Assembly (NCBI RefSeq): GCF_009914755.1
Contig: NC_060947.1
Reading direction: 5' to 3' (one strand)
DNA length: 64,000 bases
From: the human T2T-CHM13v2.0 reference genome, Homo sapiens
Positions 13,481 through 28,144 of this stretch are shown piece after piece. The stretch's first letter is position 1. Every line of letters starts with the position of its first letter. Made by a program: the position numbers and the translations under genes. The notes under the pieces were generated by a model. The model searched no databases. It saw only the letters and a list, made by a program, of their open reading frames with translations, and had not been told where the DNA came from.

Positions 13481-15379
13481 CTGGCTCACTTTTTGCACTG
13501 GAGAGGTGATGAGGTTGGCATCATTTCAGCTGATTCCGAAGCACTGTGCTTTGCCTAGCTGAGCCCCTGGAGGGCTGAAAGAAAGTCACCGAAAAAAGGT
13601 GATTAATTGTCTAAACGACAGAGCCAGAGAGGAAATATTTTTAGCTTTCCAGGCCTGGTCTCTGCTGCCGTGACACAACTGTGCCCTTACAGCATGAAAC
13701 TTAAACCAGTAAAATTTTATTAACCAAAACTAGCAGAGAGCTGGGGTTAGCCCCTCAGCAAGCCCTGACACCTTGTCTAAACCCAGAAAACCAAATCCTA
13801 GGTCGAACCTTGGCCCCAGAAATGCTTCAGAACTCCTAATGTGTCCACCTGCTCACATAGGCAGGGGTGGACAGGTGTTGGATGAACCCCAGGGTCTGCC
13901 TGGCAGCTCAGCGCTCCGTCTGCTGCCCCCTATAGGGATGGCAGTACAAGGTGGGCCAGCTACCATTGGCGGCTGTGCTGACACTGGCCTGTGCGAGGCC
14001 AGGCAGAGGCCTCCCCATCAACTCCTGGCTTCTAGAAGCAGGAGGGGGCCCAGGCTGAGGGGCCAGGGAGCAAAGAGAGGCAGCAAGGACTTGAGTGCGT
14101 GAGGCAAGGTGGAGAAGCCAGAGGAGGGAAGGGCTCGCTCCTGGAGCAGTGCCCTGCCGGAGGGTCAGGGGGCTTAAGGGCTGCCGTGCGCTCAGCTGGG
14201 GGCAGAGGGCCACTGTGCCGGGGGAGTCTGGGGCACAGCGGGAGCTCTTTCATGCGGGAAGTTCCGCTGATCTGAGGTCTGCAAACTCCTGTGGGGAGGG
14301 ATGGCCAGGGAACAACACAGAGCGGAGCCCGGGAGGCGGCAGAGACGCAAGTCTTGGAATGTCTGACTGGAAGATGGAGGAGGAGACGGGAGAGAGGACA
14401 GGCGGAGTGAGGTCAGAAGAGCAGGGGCACCAGATTGAACCAGACCCAGTCAGACACGGGGGCTGTGAGGAGGCCACAGGGGCATCTGAGCAGAGACAGG
14501 CTTTAGTGGGTGCAAATCAAAAGTGTGGCCATTTTCGGTCTCAGATACCTCCAGCTGGGGACTGCTGGGCTCTCTGGCCTGGAGCTCTGAGTACAGGCCT
14601 GGGCCACAGTTTCTGGTTATAGCCAGATGGGCCCCAGCACTGTGGCCAGGGCGGAGAGGTATGGACAGAGAGGAGGAGGGACAGAGCCAGGCCAGAGCTC
14701 TGGGGCACCCAGGGACAGAAGAGAGGGCAGTGGAGGAGATGGGGCCAGGGCAGCTGGTGAGGTGGAAGAGGGCCAGGCAGGGGCAATGTCAGGAAGCCAT
14801 GAGAAGCTTCCAGAAAGAGGGATGATCTTCTGTGTTGAGTGCCCTGAGGGATCAAATCAGACGAAGATGCAGAAGTGGCCAGTGGAGTTAGCCGCAGGGA
14901 GACCCTCGACATGGCAGGTCCCGGCTCCAGCCATGGGAGCTGGGGGATGGAGGGAGACCCATGCGAGAAAGGCCGGCAGTGCCCATAGGCTGGGAACTTG
15001 CTCATACCAGCAGGTACTTCGGACTTTCTGGTAAGATCGAGAAGACATCCCACTCACCAGCATTCTCTCCTTTTCAAATCATCTTTCTTTTCTACCAAAT
15101 TGGAATTCAGATTGGGCAGAGACCCCAGAGGTCACCAAAGCCACTCGTCTCCCCAGGACAGGGAACTGCGGGGTCACAGCCAAGAGCCTAGTGCAGCACT
15201 CTCAAGTTCCAGAATACCTGCCCAGCTCAGCCTAGAGAAAGACACTGCCATCTTTTCCTGCATGCGGATCGGTTGACGAGACCAAGGCCCACACCTGAAA
15301 ACTCTTTCCAAAGGCAGGCAGAGCCATCCCATTCCGTAGCAGCCCTCCAACAAATGGGTGGACATTTCTCATGCCATGA

Positions 15380-15859
<480 letters not shown>

Positions 15860-18550
15860 CAAGAACTTGTCTCAGCACATGCGCACACGCACACTCGGAC
15901 TCACACGAAGTCACACGCACACATGCACGCACACACACATATGGGGACCTGCACACCTGCAAAACGAGGGAACAACTAAGGTGGCTGAAGACCTTTCTGG
16001 CAGGGCATTTGCAAGGACCCAAATCCATTCAACAAGGGTGCAGCCTGCCACAGGCTCCTCATCCGGACTGAGGAAGACGAGGACAGGGAGGAGGAAAAGG
16101 AGGAAGAGGAGGACAAAAAGGGGGAGGAGAAGGTTCTTCGTCCAAAGGAGGAAGGAGAAGAAGTAGAAAGTGCGAAGAGCTGAGTTCCCCACCTTTTTTT
16201 CTATTGATGCTTCTTTTTTAACAAACTACAGTTTTACCGTGTGTTTGCCATTTGAGCTGTGTGGTGGGCAGGGGGCTGGTTTGGGTTTATGGGGAGCTTT
16301 TGTTGCACCCATGCAGGGGCAATCAGATCAGCATCTTCATGCAAAAAAAAAAAAAAAAGTTGAGTGCTCTGCAGGCCTGTGAAGGGTGCCACCTGAGGGA
16401 GCCGCCTGCAAGCGGCCCTGCAGCCACAAAGCAACCCGCCCTCTGCAAAAACTAGGCACATCCGCAGTGCGCATGTGTGTGCGTGCATGCACATATGTGT
16501 ATGTGTGTGGATCTGTACACACACACGTATATATGGCCAGATGCGTATTTCAATAAGGAACTATTTACTGGCATGATATTTGCATTCCTCTTATCAGGCA
16601 TTTTCATTTGGAAATTTCATTATTGAATGTAGCAAGGTTGTAGTTGTTGTTTTTTTTTTTTTCAGGGAACTAGACTGCAAGAATATCTTTCTGGTCAACC
16701 CATTTTTGTCCCTCATCACCCCGCCCCCACCTTTCGCTCCTGCCCTCTGCCCGGCCCTACTGAGATTCCCAAGGAGAAGGCCGAGAGGGGGCGCTCCAGG
16801 TCTGGAGCAGGTATAATTGGAGCATTTGCACTGAGACCCCTGCCAGAGAGGAGAAAACCCTTTCAAGGGAAATTTTAATCTAAAAGGAAAAAACCAAAAT
16901 ATTGATGAGAAGGAGTCCTCCAGTTAGTGAAAGGGGAGTTTCGTTTTCAGCTTTCTTTGGTTCCTACTCCAATTCCACATCCTTCATCCTGGCCATGCCC
17001 CCACCTTCAAGAGCATGAAGCACTCTTGGAGTTGTGGGTCCTGCCCAGAGTCCAGAGAGCAGCCTCAGCTGAGCACAGGTCCGAGGGGGCGGGGGCAGGG
17101 CCAAGAGTTCAAAAGAAGCCAATGGAGGGAGAGGGAGCGTCAGAAGCCCGGAGGAGCTGGTGGTGGGAGAATGACGGCAGGGACGCAGCCACAGTTCAGA
17201 CCCTGTCCCCTCAGCACCTGGATGGACTCCCACTGTTTGCTTTGGCAAATGCCGAGGAGTCCTCGGTAGACCACCTTGATGTCTGCTGTGACATCAGAGG
17301 TGCCACCACCAAAGCACTCTTCCCACCCTAGTCTTTGTGTCCAGCGGCCAAGCTTAAGCCATGAAGTCATGGATTTGTGGCTCAGCACCAGGTCCCGAGG
17401 GGAGCCTATCCTGGCAGTGTGGGCACCTGGTGGCCAAGCCTCAGTTTCCCCCAAATGAGCAAAGGGGATAAAGAGGGGCCCGACTTTTGCCACCCTCCTG
17501 AGGAAGCCCCTAGGTCCACACAGTGATGCCATGGGGGACCCTTGCCTTCCACACTTGCAGGTGTCACGTTTTGCAGGGAGGTGTTTGGGCCTGGGGCTCA
17601 GCCACTGGGAGACAGTTGGGACCTGAGGGACAGAGGATCGGAATGGAAACCACCAACGTGCACTGGCACCCTCAGAAGGCTTGTCTCACCTCCACCGGCA
17701 TCCACACAAAACCAAACAGGAGCAGGCGTCATCCCCACTATTCCCATGAATGCCATGTCACCCCTGAGCAGAAGCAGTCAAATCTTGGGCAAAAGAATTT
17801 CGGTTAGAAAAGAAAATCCCACTTTAAAATGCCAGCTGCAGATAACTCAAAGCCATCCCTTTTTTCTAAAGGGCACATTGAGAATGTCACCCATTTGTAA
17901 ACTGTTCCCTGATGTCCTTGTTTAAACGATAATAAGAAAAAGGGCAACTCCATTTGTTGAGGGTCTTTGTGTTCTTCAATGAGAAATCAAATTTGAGACG
18001 TTGAAATTGGAGCTGCGTGCTGCTGCACTCACCGGCTTCTTCTCACTCTCTGTCGTAGACACACCGATAGGACCAATGGCCAATAGATATTAAAAGCAAA
18101 CCCTCACTGCTGCTGTATAAAGTTGCCTAATGTAAATGTCTATTGTTTAGTCCCTAGGTCACCTTTGTGCTGTGCTGTGGAGTTCAGAAACGGGGTACCA
18201 TGACCTGGAATCTTTTGCTCTTGTTTTTGCAGTCTTCAAGGCTGGGGGCCCTGTCTCATTGGGAAGCCCCTCTTTATAAAGCATTATATTACTTGGAATG
18301 GCTTGGTCAACTGTGTTCAGTTCATAAATATGTTTTACATTTTTATCTGCCTGTTATAAAGATGAACAAAAAAACTTAATGAGAAAGATCACAGATACGT
18401 AATAATTTAAAGTCTGTAGTTGAATTTCCTAACTTAAAGAATAGACCAAAATTTCTGTGTATAAAAAAAAATGAAAGGCTCCTTACATCCTGGTCTGGGT
18501 AACGTGTGTGATTTATTATTTGGTGAATTCTTGTGCAGAACAAAACAAAG
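15860..18550 (+). other. ATP2B3: ATP2B3 3' UTR (end approximate)
   Basis: Unique sequence free of recognisable interspersed repeats after the stop, becoming AU-rich distally; ATTAAA at 18089-18094; interspersed repeats resume at about 18740. Confidence 0.7.
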
Positions 18551-18739
18551 GTGCCTTCATGCCGCTTTAACAGAGCTGGAGAAGCCCCGGGCAGGAGGGG
18601 CTTTCCCCTGGGTGTGCAGCAGCCTGGCCGGATGTGTATGCAGAAGAGGAACTTATGCTGGGATGTTAGGCCCCCAGTGGGAGGGGCTCCAGCTGCTGCA
18701 GGAGCCGCGGCTGTCTTGACTTGAAAGGGCCTCTAGTAC

Positions 18740-18822
18740 ACGGCGCGGTGGCTCAGTCCTGTAATCCCAGCGCTTTGGGAAGCCGAGGCGGGAGGATCCC
18801 TTGGGCCCAGGAATTTGAGGCT
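18740..18822 (+). mobile_element. Alu 5' fragment
   Basis: ggcgcggtggctcagtcctgtaatcccagcgctttgggaagccgaggcggg. Confidence 0.85.
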
Positions 18823-18849
18823 CCCCGACACACATGCACGCTCCCCACT

Positions 18850-19460
18850 TCTTTTATTGTGGTAGAACACAGATCACATAAAATGTACCACGTTCACCAT
18901 TTGTAAGTGTGCGGCCCAGGGGCAGAAGCACATTCACGGTGCTGTGCAGCCATCACCACCGTCCAGCCGCAGAACTTGTTCATCTTCCCAAACTGAAGCT
19001 CTGGCCCCGTTCAACCCCAACTCCCCACCCCCCAGCCCCTGGCACCCAATCTTCTACTTTCTGTCTCTATGGATTTGACCACTCTAGGCCCCTCATAGAA
19101 GTGGAATCCTACAGTATTTGCCCTTCTGTGACTAGCATGATGTCCTCAAGGATCATCCATGTGGAAGCATGTGTCAGAATTTCCTTTTTAAGGTGAATCA
19201 TACTCCATTGTCTGGATATGCCACATTTTGCTTATGCAATCAGCCATCCATGGACATTTAGGTTGCTTCCACATTTCAGCTATTGTGGACCATGCTGCAG
19301 TGAACATGGGTATGCAAACCGCCCTTCCAGACCTTGCCTTCCATTCCTTTGGGCCTATACCCAGCAGTGGAAATACTGGATCCTATGGGAACTGTAGGTT
19401 GAACCTTTTGAGAAAGCGCCATTTTCCATTCTCATCAGCAGTGCAGGAGGGTTCCAATCA
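18850..19460 (-). mobile_element. L1MB-type 3' end
   Basis: Resembles the antisense L1MB 3' UTR (catcaccacc...catcttcccaaactgaa...agtggaatcctacagtatttg...ttccattg). Confidence 0.8.
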
Positions 19461-19823
19461 TAGACGCCTTTGCTAATCGAAAGCCACAGGAAGAAAGCCC
19501 ACCATTTCACTCATTCCCTTAATCCACATGCTGCATCCCTCAACACCTGTGCCTGTGCACGCCCATGCTCCATGGTCCCATCCCTGCTTGAGCCCAGAAG
19601 AGCCAGGAAGGCAATCCTGTGGCCAAGACTTGCCAATGACCACCCTGGCGATGGCACTAAGACCACACTCCCCTCATTTCATTGGACTTCTCTTCCCCTT
19701 TTCGACTTGGCAGCACCGGAAGACGCATTTTCCAGGAAGGCTGCCAAGAGAGGAGAAAAATGGCTTCAAAGTCATTCAAAGCATCAGAGTCCATGCTTCT
19801 AAAACTGGCAAAAAGACCAATCA

Positions 19824-20310
<487 letters not shown>

Positions 20311-20609
20311 TCAAAAACAGCAGGCAGAAGAATCGCAGCATGTCCTTGCTGCATTGGTGTCCAAGTGCATCCTGAACCATAAGGATGAGTAAGTCCAGAT
20401 TGAGCCAAAGTCCATACCAAGACAGCTGGCCCTTCATGGAGAGACATCATGCTACCCCAAAAGAATCGCAAATTTGTGTCTGTGAATCCCTTGTCCACAA
20501 GCTTCTGCTTCAAACATGACACAGGTTCCACAGGGGAAAATCGGAACTCAGTGAAACAGCTGAGTCCTGGGAGTAAAGGCTTGCGCAGGGGTCTGGGGGA
20601 GGCCCGTGT

Positions 20610-20895
20610 GTGAGTGGCCCGTGGCTGCTCACAACAGAAACTTCTCTCCCAGTTCTGAAGGCCAGAAGTCCAAAATCAAGGCATGGGCAGGCCATGCTCC
20701 CTCTGAAGGCTCCAGGGCAGAATCTGCTCCAGGACCTCCTCTTAGCTTTGGGCATTGCCAGCCGTCCTCGGAATTCCTTGGCTTGTAGATGCTTCACTCC
20801 AACCTCTGCCTCTGTTGTCGTGTGGTTTTTCTCCCATGTCTGTCTCTCCCTGTGCGTGTGTCTGTCTGTGTCTCTCCTCCTCTTTTTTTCTTATA
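20610..20895 (-). mobile_element. MaLR MLT1-type LTR fragment
   Basis: agttctgaaggccagaagtccaaaatcaagg...ctccctctgaaggctcc. Confidence 0.75.
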
Positions 20896-21242
20896 CCTGA
20901 ATCAAGCAGCTTTATTCTCACCCACAGCACAGTTCCATGCACGTGGGAGGCTCTGTTAGGTTCCAGAAGAAATATAGGCACGGAGGCTGTTTCTGGCTTG
21001 CAATTCTGTCACCTCAGAGTCCTTTCTTTCTGGAAGTTCACATGAGAAAATAGATGGTGTTTACACCTTTGCTCTTAAGTGCTTACAGTGACATCTATAG
21101 TGTCCCCTGGACTTCCAGAGATGAACATGAAGCACATGATCCTATCTAGAATTGGCGGGCACTAATTTTCCCCACCACAATGATTGCCTGTTATTTCAAG
21201 CAACTACTATGTTCCTTATTGGTTTTACATTTTAACATACCG

Positions 21243-21615
21243 GGCCAGGCATGGTGGCTCACGCCTGTAATCCCAGCACTTTAGGAGGCCAAGGTTAGAG
21301 GATCGCTTGAGTCCAGGAGTTTGAGACCAGCCTGGGCAACATAGCAAGGCTTCATCTCTACCAAACATAAAAATAAAAAATTAGCCAGGCACGGTGGTGC
21401 ACACCTGTAGTCCAAGCTACTCAGAAGGCTGAGGTGGGAGGATCGAATGAGCCCAGGAGGCCAAGGCTGTGGTGAGCCATGATTGCAAAAGAGAGAAAAG
21501 AAAAGAGAAAAGAGAAAAGAAGTGGGGAGGGAGGGAGGGAGGGAGGGAAGGAGAAAAGAAGAAAGGGAGGGAGGGAGGGAAGGAAGGAAGGGGAAAAGAA
21601 AAAAGAAAAGAAAAA
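21243..21615 (+). mobile_element. AluJ-like element with GA-rich tail
   Basis: ggccaggcatggtggctcacgcctgtaatcccagcac...; polypurine tract 21487-21615. Confidence 0.9.
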
Positions 21616-21734
21616 GGGGTGGATGAATTAGCCCAAGATACACGGGTGATAGAACCAGCCTTCACAGCCAAGTGGTCTAACTCCAGAACCCACTCTTCGT
21701 TTCTTGGAATGTTAAAATGTATTTGAATGCTAAA

Positions 21735-22040
21735 ATGTGTCTTGTCTTGTCTTTCCTGTGTCTTGTCTTTTGTCTTGTCTTGTCTTTCCTGTGTCTTGTC
21801 TTTTGTCTTGTCTTGTCTTGTCTCGAACTGCTGAGCTCAAGCCATCCTCCTGCCTCGGCCTCCCAAAGTGCTGGGAATACAGGCATAAGCCACAGTGCCT
21901 GGCCTAATTTTTTTTTTTTTAATAGACAAGAGGTCTTCATATGTTGCCCAAGCTGGTCTTGAACTCTTGGGCTCAAATGATCCTCCCACTTCCGCTTCCC
22001 AAAGAGCTGGGATGACAGGCCTGAGCCACCATCCCCTGCC
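21735..22040 (-). mobile_element. Two Alu left-arm monomers plus (TCTTG)n tract
   Basis: ctcaagccatcctcctgcctcggcctcccaaagtgctggg and ctcaaatgatcctcccac; (TCTTG)n at 21735-21822 with a duplicated unit of about 34 bp. Confidence 0.8.
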
Positions 22041-22044
22041 TATT

Positions 22045-22410
22045 TTTAAAATGTTTGAGGAATATCCATACTGTTTTCCATAGTGGCTATAGTATATCCC
22101 ACCAGTAGTGTGTGAATGTTCCCTTTTCTCCACATCCTCACCAAAGCTTGTTTTCTTTTGTTTGATAGTAGCCATTCTAATTGAAGTGAGGTGATATCCT
22201 CGATGTGGTTTTGATTTGCATTTCCCTGATTCCTGACGTTGAGCAATTTTTTCACATACCTGTTGGCGACTTGTACGTCTTCTTTGGAGAAATGTCTGTT
22301 TAGGTCTATTGCCCATTTTTAAATTAGGTTGTTATTCTGTTGTCTAAATTCCTTATATATTCTGGATATTAACCCCTTGTCAGACGTAGAGTTTGTGAAT
22401 ATTTTCTTTT
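22045..22410 (-). mobile_element. Old L1 (L1M) fragment
   Basis: tccatactgttttccatagtggct...gtggttttgatttgcatttccctga; the antisense ORF shows L1 ORF2 C-terminal residues ([11 protein letters not shown]). Confidence 0.85.
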
Positions 22411-22415
22411 TTTAA

Positions 22416-22709
<294 letters not shown>

Positions 22710-23575
22710 ATGAGGGCCATTTTTACCATATTAATTCTTCTGAGCCCTGGCCACCTTCTCTTCCTTCCTCTTTTCACTACCACGCTACACATTCTCATTC
22801 TGTTTCCCATCTCTCCCTCCACATAAGCAAGGAGTTTCACCTGGTTGCCAGAGCGCAGGCAAGGACTGGGCACACAGTAGCTGCTCAATAAATGTGGTTC
22901 TTTGACTGATTAGTCTTAAAAGGCTTACAACAGGTAAAGCAGGAGCCCACATTTAGGAGAAGTTAATCATCAAAACCCACAGGGGAGTTCTACGAAATGA
23001 AGGGCAGGTCAGCCAGGGCAAGCCTGCCCACCAGGGAAGCCTGTGACATCTGCTCAGATACTTCATTCTGAAGACACTGAACATAGTCGCTCTGTAAAGT
23101 CAAGCAAGACTCTGCCCTGACCTGCATCACCCCTGCCCCCACACCTGCAGGAGCCGGAGCCCACCCTCCTGTGTAAACCTACCAGTCCCCCGGCCCTACG
23201 CCACGTGCTGAACGTACGTCTAGCCTGAAAGGGGACCTAGAGAGCGCCTCCTGGACTGGTCTATTTCTTACCCACTGGCTTTTGAGCAAGGAGTCAGAGG
23301 GGTGCTGGGGGCCACAGCTCTGAGTTTCTCCAGCCTCCCCATCCAGACTGGCTACCTTGACATTTAAAAACGCATTACTTTTAGTTACGTTCGATCAGGA
23401 CTCACTTTTCTGAATGCAAGTGATCCTCCCTAACCCCAGGCCTGCCGCCTGATGGCTGGGACACACTCTACCTGAGAGCACTCTGAGGGAACCAGTCTCT
23501 GAGGGCCCCTCACACCCCCATGTGCAGCATGCGCTGCAGAGCAAAGCCAAGGGTCCCTATTGACTTGTATCACCT

Positions 23576-23581
23576 TTTATT
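23576..23581 (-). terminator. CCNQ: CCNQ polyadenylation signal AATAAA
   Basis: TTTATT on + strand about 420 nt past the CCNQ stop codon. Confidence 0.8.
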
Positions 23582-23999
23582 ACACAAAATAGATTTCAGC
23601 CACGTTGCACATTCATTCTCCCTACAAATCTGGCTTTTAAGAAATCCGTAGGGATTCAGTCTCATCGATTTCATGACTTTCCTTTCATTGATGTCATGCC
23701 TGTATTGTAGTCAAAGTCCTCTCAAAGGACAAACGCAGATGTGGCTGCCTTGGGTCAGCTGCACACAGTACACTCCCGGCCTGCCCGCTGGAGGCGCGGC
23801 TCCCACCATCACCTGCACCGCGACTTCTAGGGACTGGCAAAGCGGCAGCATGCCATTGCCTTCTCCAGCCCTTCTCCAGCAGCACAACCAGTCCTCCCAG
23901 CTGGTCCTGTGGGGACCAGCCGTCATGGCGACGTGGTGACAATGTCCCCAGGCAGCCGACCATCCTGGGCTTCTCTTTGGGCAGGCCTGGGCCAGGACC

Positions 24000-24089
24000 T
24001 TAGGGGATCTCTGTGTCCATGGTATAAATCTGAATGAGATCAGACACAATATTATCAATGATTGGCTTGGTAAGGTCGTCATTAAACAC
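24000..24089 (-). CDS. CCNQ: Cyclin Q exon 5 (terminal coding part)
   Basis: Acceptor ttctttctag; VFNDDLTKPIIDNIVSDLIQIYTMDTEIP then TAA. The five exons sum to 747 nt = 248 aa + stop. An in-frame internal acceptor (cattcag|ATT at 24029) would remove 20 aa. Confidence 0.95.
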   Translation of the reverse strand: MFNDDLTKPIIDNIVSDLIQIYTMDTEIP

Positions 24090-25567
24090 CTAGAAAGAAG
24101 AAGGAAAACAGGTTCCAGTTAGACTCCCTCTATGTTAAACAAGGCACCTGTCACTAAGCAGAGAATCACATTTCATGGGCAGGGGAGGGGCACAGGGACT
24201 TGGCTATGTAGGAAGACAGTAGCTCTCCTGCAAAGCCAGTTTAATTCCAGCCCGTTGAGGCCAAACACTTTACAAGGCCGAGAACATTCCAGATGGAACA
24301 GGCCTTGGTGATCTTCTGACTCAGAGAGGAGGGGACCTGTCCAACGTCATACAGGGAATTGGTAACACAGCTGGGTCCAGAGCACAGGCTCCTGCCTCCT
24401 GCCCGGGACTCCCTCAGGTCCAGGGTCTCTGCGGACACTGGCAAGAGGAGAGGGTGGCAGTCCCTGTGCAGCCACAGGCAGGCTAAGTACCCGGACCCCA
24501 CGCCTACCCTAACCCAGCCCCTGGGGAGCATGTGGACCCACTCCACAGTCCGGACCGCCACGTGCAGGAGCACTCGCAAGACGGCGAAGGACATCCTCGG
24601 GGCCCATGGCAGGAGGGTTGCAGCCCAGGGCCACGCCACAGGCTGGGGTCCACACCCTGTACCTTCCAAAGGCAGGTCTGGCCTCTGCCTGGCTCCTGGA
24701 GGATAACCTCTAGGCCCCTAGAAAATCCTGCCCCGTGTGAGCGTCTTGGTTTACTGGACTGCCAGGCGGTCTGTGCTAACCACATCATTTATGGTGAGGG
24801 CCTTGGGCCACAGAGTCCCAGCCAGATCTCTGGTGGCTGCAGCCCAAGTGACCAGGGTTGGCCACGCAGGCGCTCCATGCCCATGCAGCCCACCACCTCC
24901 CACGGAAACCCTGGCCGCCATGGCTGGGATGAGCTTCCCGGTTGTGACTCCGTGCTCGCTGTCCCACACTGTTGCCGAAAGAAACAGGTGCCGTCTGCAC
25001 AACTCCCCTGGGCGAGGAGCCGCTGAAGCTCACGCCTGGTCTCTCCTGGAGCCCGCCCTGTGCGCCCTGAGCCTTCGCTCACGGTAACCTGTGTCCTTTC
25101 CTTGTAATAAACCGGAACTGGGAGTGTGACAGCTTTTCTGAGTTCCGAGCCCTCCCGGCACAGCACTGAGCCCCAGGGTGCTCTTCGGGATCCCCAATGA
25201 TAAGGGAAATAGTAAGTAAAGCAGCAAGACCTTGGTCAGATGCTGCGTCTGTAGCCACCCTGTGCCAGAGCTTGCTGCCTGGGGAACCAATGTACCAATC
25301 AGATCAAGGCCTTGGGCCAAGTCAAGGCAAGAACTGGACCTACGTCCACCCCTGCTGAATGCTCCCAAAGAACCCTAGGTTCCTCTGTGGCCTACAACCT
25401 CAGGTAGGAGATGGTGACCTGGACGCCCTCCAAGTCCTGACTCAGGAAGCATAGCTGTCTTACCCTGGGCTCTGGGTGAAAAACAAATACTTCAGAAATG
25501 CACACTTGCTTGCTGGGGTCCATGACCTGTGTGCTCCTGGAGACCCCAAGCTCAGAAGCAATCATTA

Positions 25568-25897
<330 letters not shown>

Positions 25898-25902
<5 letters not shown>

Positions 25903-26335
25903 CCAAAACGTGGAAGCAGCCTGCATCCATCGATGGATGAATATGTTAATATCATATGGTCCATGCAGGCCATGAAATATGATTCAGCCATCAAAAGAAA
26001 GGACATTCTGAGACGGGGGCTCCAACATTGTGCTCAGCAAAAGAAGCCAGTCACAGAAAGGCCCGCACTGTAGGATTCCACTCCTGTGAGGGGCCTCAAA
26101 GGAGAGCCGTGAACTCTGTAGAGGACAGTGGAAGGTTGGGTGCCAGGAGCTTGGGGGTGGGGAGTTGGGGTTGAACGGGGCCAGAGCTTCAGTTTGGGAA
26201 GATGAACAATTTCTGCGGCTGGATGGTGGTGATGGCTGCACAGCACCGTGAATGTGCTTCCGTCCCTGGGCCGCACACTTAAAAATGGTGAACGTGGTAC
26301 AATTTAGGTGATGTCTATGTCACCACAATTAAATG
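25898..26335 (+). mobile_element. L1MB-type 3' end, in CCNQ intron 4
   Basis: tccatcgatggatgaat...aagaagccagtcacagaaag...agtttgggaagatgaa...ggatggtggtgatggctgcacagc. Confidence 0.8.
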
Positions 26336-28144
26336 TAACAGTCCAGAACAGGTGGCAACCCTGGGGCACCTGACAGCAGAAGAGACACAGACCCAAGTCC
26401 TAGGAGGAGACACTGCTGGCCTCTGGGGACTCTGCCTTTTTGAGGGCAGTCCATCTGCTTATAAGACAAAAAGCAGCAGTGGCTGGAAAGAGGCAGGTTC
26501 TCCTTCTGCTCAGGAACAAGGGGATGGAGGGCACTCGGTGTGGCTCTGGACGTGGAAGTTTCAGCAGCATTGCGTGACGACCTGCATCATTTCTGACCCC
26601 GCTACTGTCCCTGCTCATCTGGCAAGTCAGAGTGCAGGCAGGCTTCTCCAGGGAAGCACATCAAGCTGCCATGCTGAGCCCGTGGCAGATAAGTGACAGG
26701 AGTCACCGTAAGAAGTGGCAGCCGAGAGCACACAAGGAAGAAAGGGTTTCAAAAGCCAGGCCGTGAGCTCTGCAGCACCCGGGTGGGTGAGGCCTCCCAG
26801 GATCTCACTCATCATGGGGGATCAGGCCCTCGCACCCCGCCAGCCCACAGGAGGCACCTGGATTCCGGAAGCTTCTGGTGCACAGCCCCGAGCTGGGAGG
26901 CAAAGGTCAGGTCAAGTTTAGCAGAGCCTTTAAGAAGAGCTGGCTGAACAGAAGTTCCACACCCCACAAAGGGTAACTTCTTCCCAGTCTGAACGATGAC
27001 TGGGTGAGTCTGGGCCGCCAGCAAACAACTTGCTGGTAGAGCTGCTTCCTGGCTGTGCAGGGTTACCTGGGCTCGCACTCCTCTGGGAGGGGCTGAGCAT
27101 GGGACGCAGGTGGTACTGCCACACCAGGTGAGGTTTACGAGCAAGCGCAGAAGACAGAGCAGAAAGGAAGACAGATGCAGCATAGCCAGGCAGCCCAGGG
27201 CCAGGGCCACACCCACCAGATGTCCCCAGAGGGTGTTTGCCCCCCCCAGAGTCCAACCCTGAGCACGAGGCAGCCACATTATGTGAAAGTCCCTGAGCAG
27301 CCCGAGCGTGGGGCAACACTGTCTACACAGATGGCCCTGCACCACCTGCACACTGCCTTGGGGACAGGGTGCTTCCGGCTTGAGACTGGGAACATGGGTG
27401 CATGGGTTCAAAGACACATGAGCACCCGCTTTGGTGCCAGGGAGGCGCGGGAGACTGGGGAAGAGATGCCCAGCCTCAGGCACTCACAGCTGACTGGGGA
27501 TACGAGATTACACAATAAACACGCAAAAATCAGCAAATGCTGTGGTCTTCCACAAGGCACACGGGCCAGGGAAGAGAGGCAGGGCTACCTCTATGCAGAA
27601 CAGCACCAGCCACCTGGAAAGCTGTCCTATGCACAGGCCTACAGAGTTCCACCATCTACCCTCCATGATCTACCTATTAATACCTATCAATCACCCGCCA
27701 CCCTGCCCATCAGCTCTCTCCCCTATCCATCCAGGTGTCTGTCAACTAGCCAGCTAGCTGTCACCTACCTAGCCATCCAGCCCTCTCCATAAAGCACCCC
27801 AGATGTTTCTGATGGGAAGCCAGGTTTAGTAACCTGTGATCACAGTCAAGTTCCCACTCAATTCAGTAAAAGCGGTTCTCCGCTGGGGCAACCCTCCTCC
27901 CGGGACACCGGCGACGTCGGTGGAGGCCAGCACTCCTGTTCGACATCCGGGACCCCTAAATGGCAACTGTGCCGAGGGGGAGAGCCTGTCCCAGGCCATC
28001 GCAACAGGGTACTTTCGAGCTTCCATGTTCCCCAGCAGCCCGTATCTTTCTTCATGGATAATTAATAGAATTTGGTGAGCACTGCAATACAGAGACTTCC
28101 AGAGGGAAAGGGGGCACGTCCAGTGTGCCAAGCAGCCACCTCAC

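Noticed and set aside
15875-16530. Complementary CA-rich and GT-rich tracts in the ATP2B3 3' UTR (similar pair at about 36630-37075)
   Set aside because: Low-complexity dinucleotide sequence gives such complementarity by chance.
18909-19196. Near-identical ORFs at 18909-19196 (+) and 26034-26276 (-) suggesting a duplicated small gene
   Set aside because: Both are antisense L1 3' UTR with GTG starts; the similarity is a DNA-level repeat, reported as a finding.
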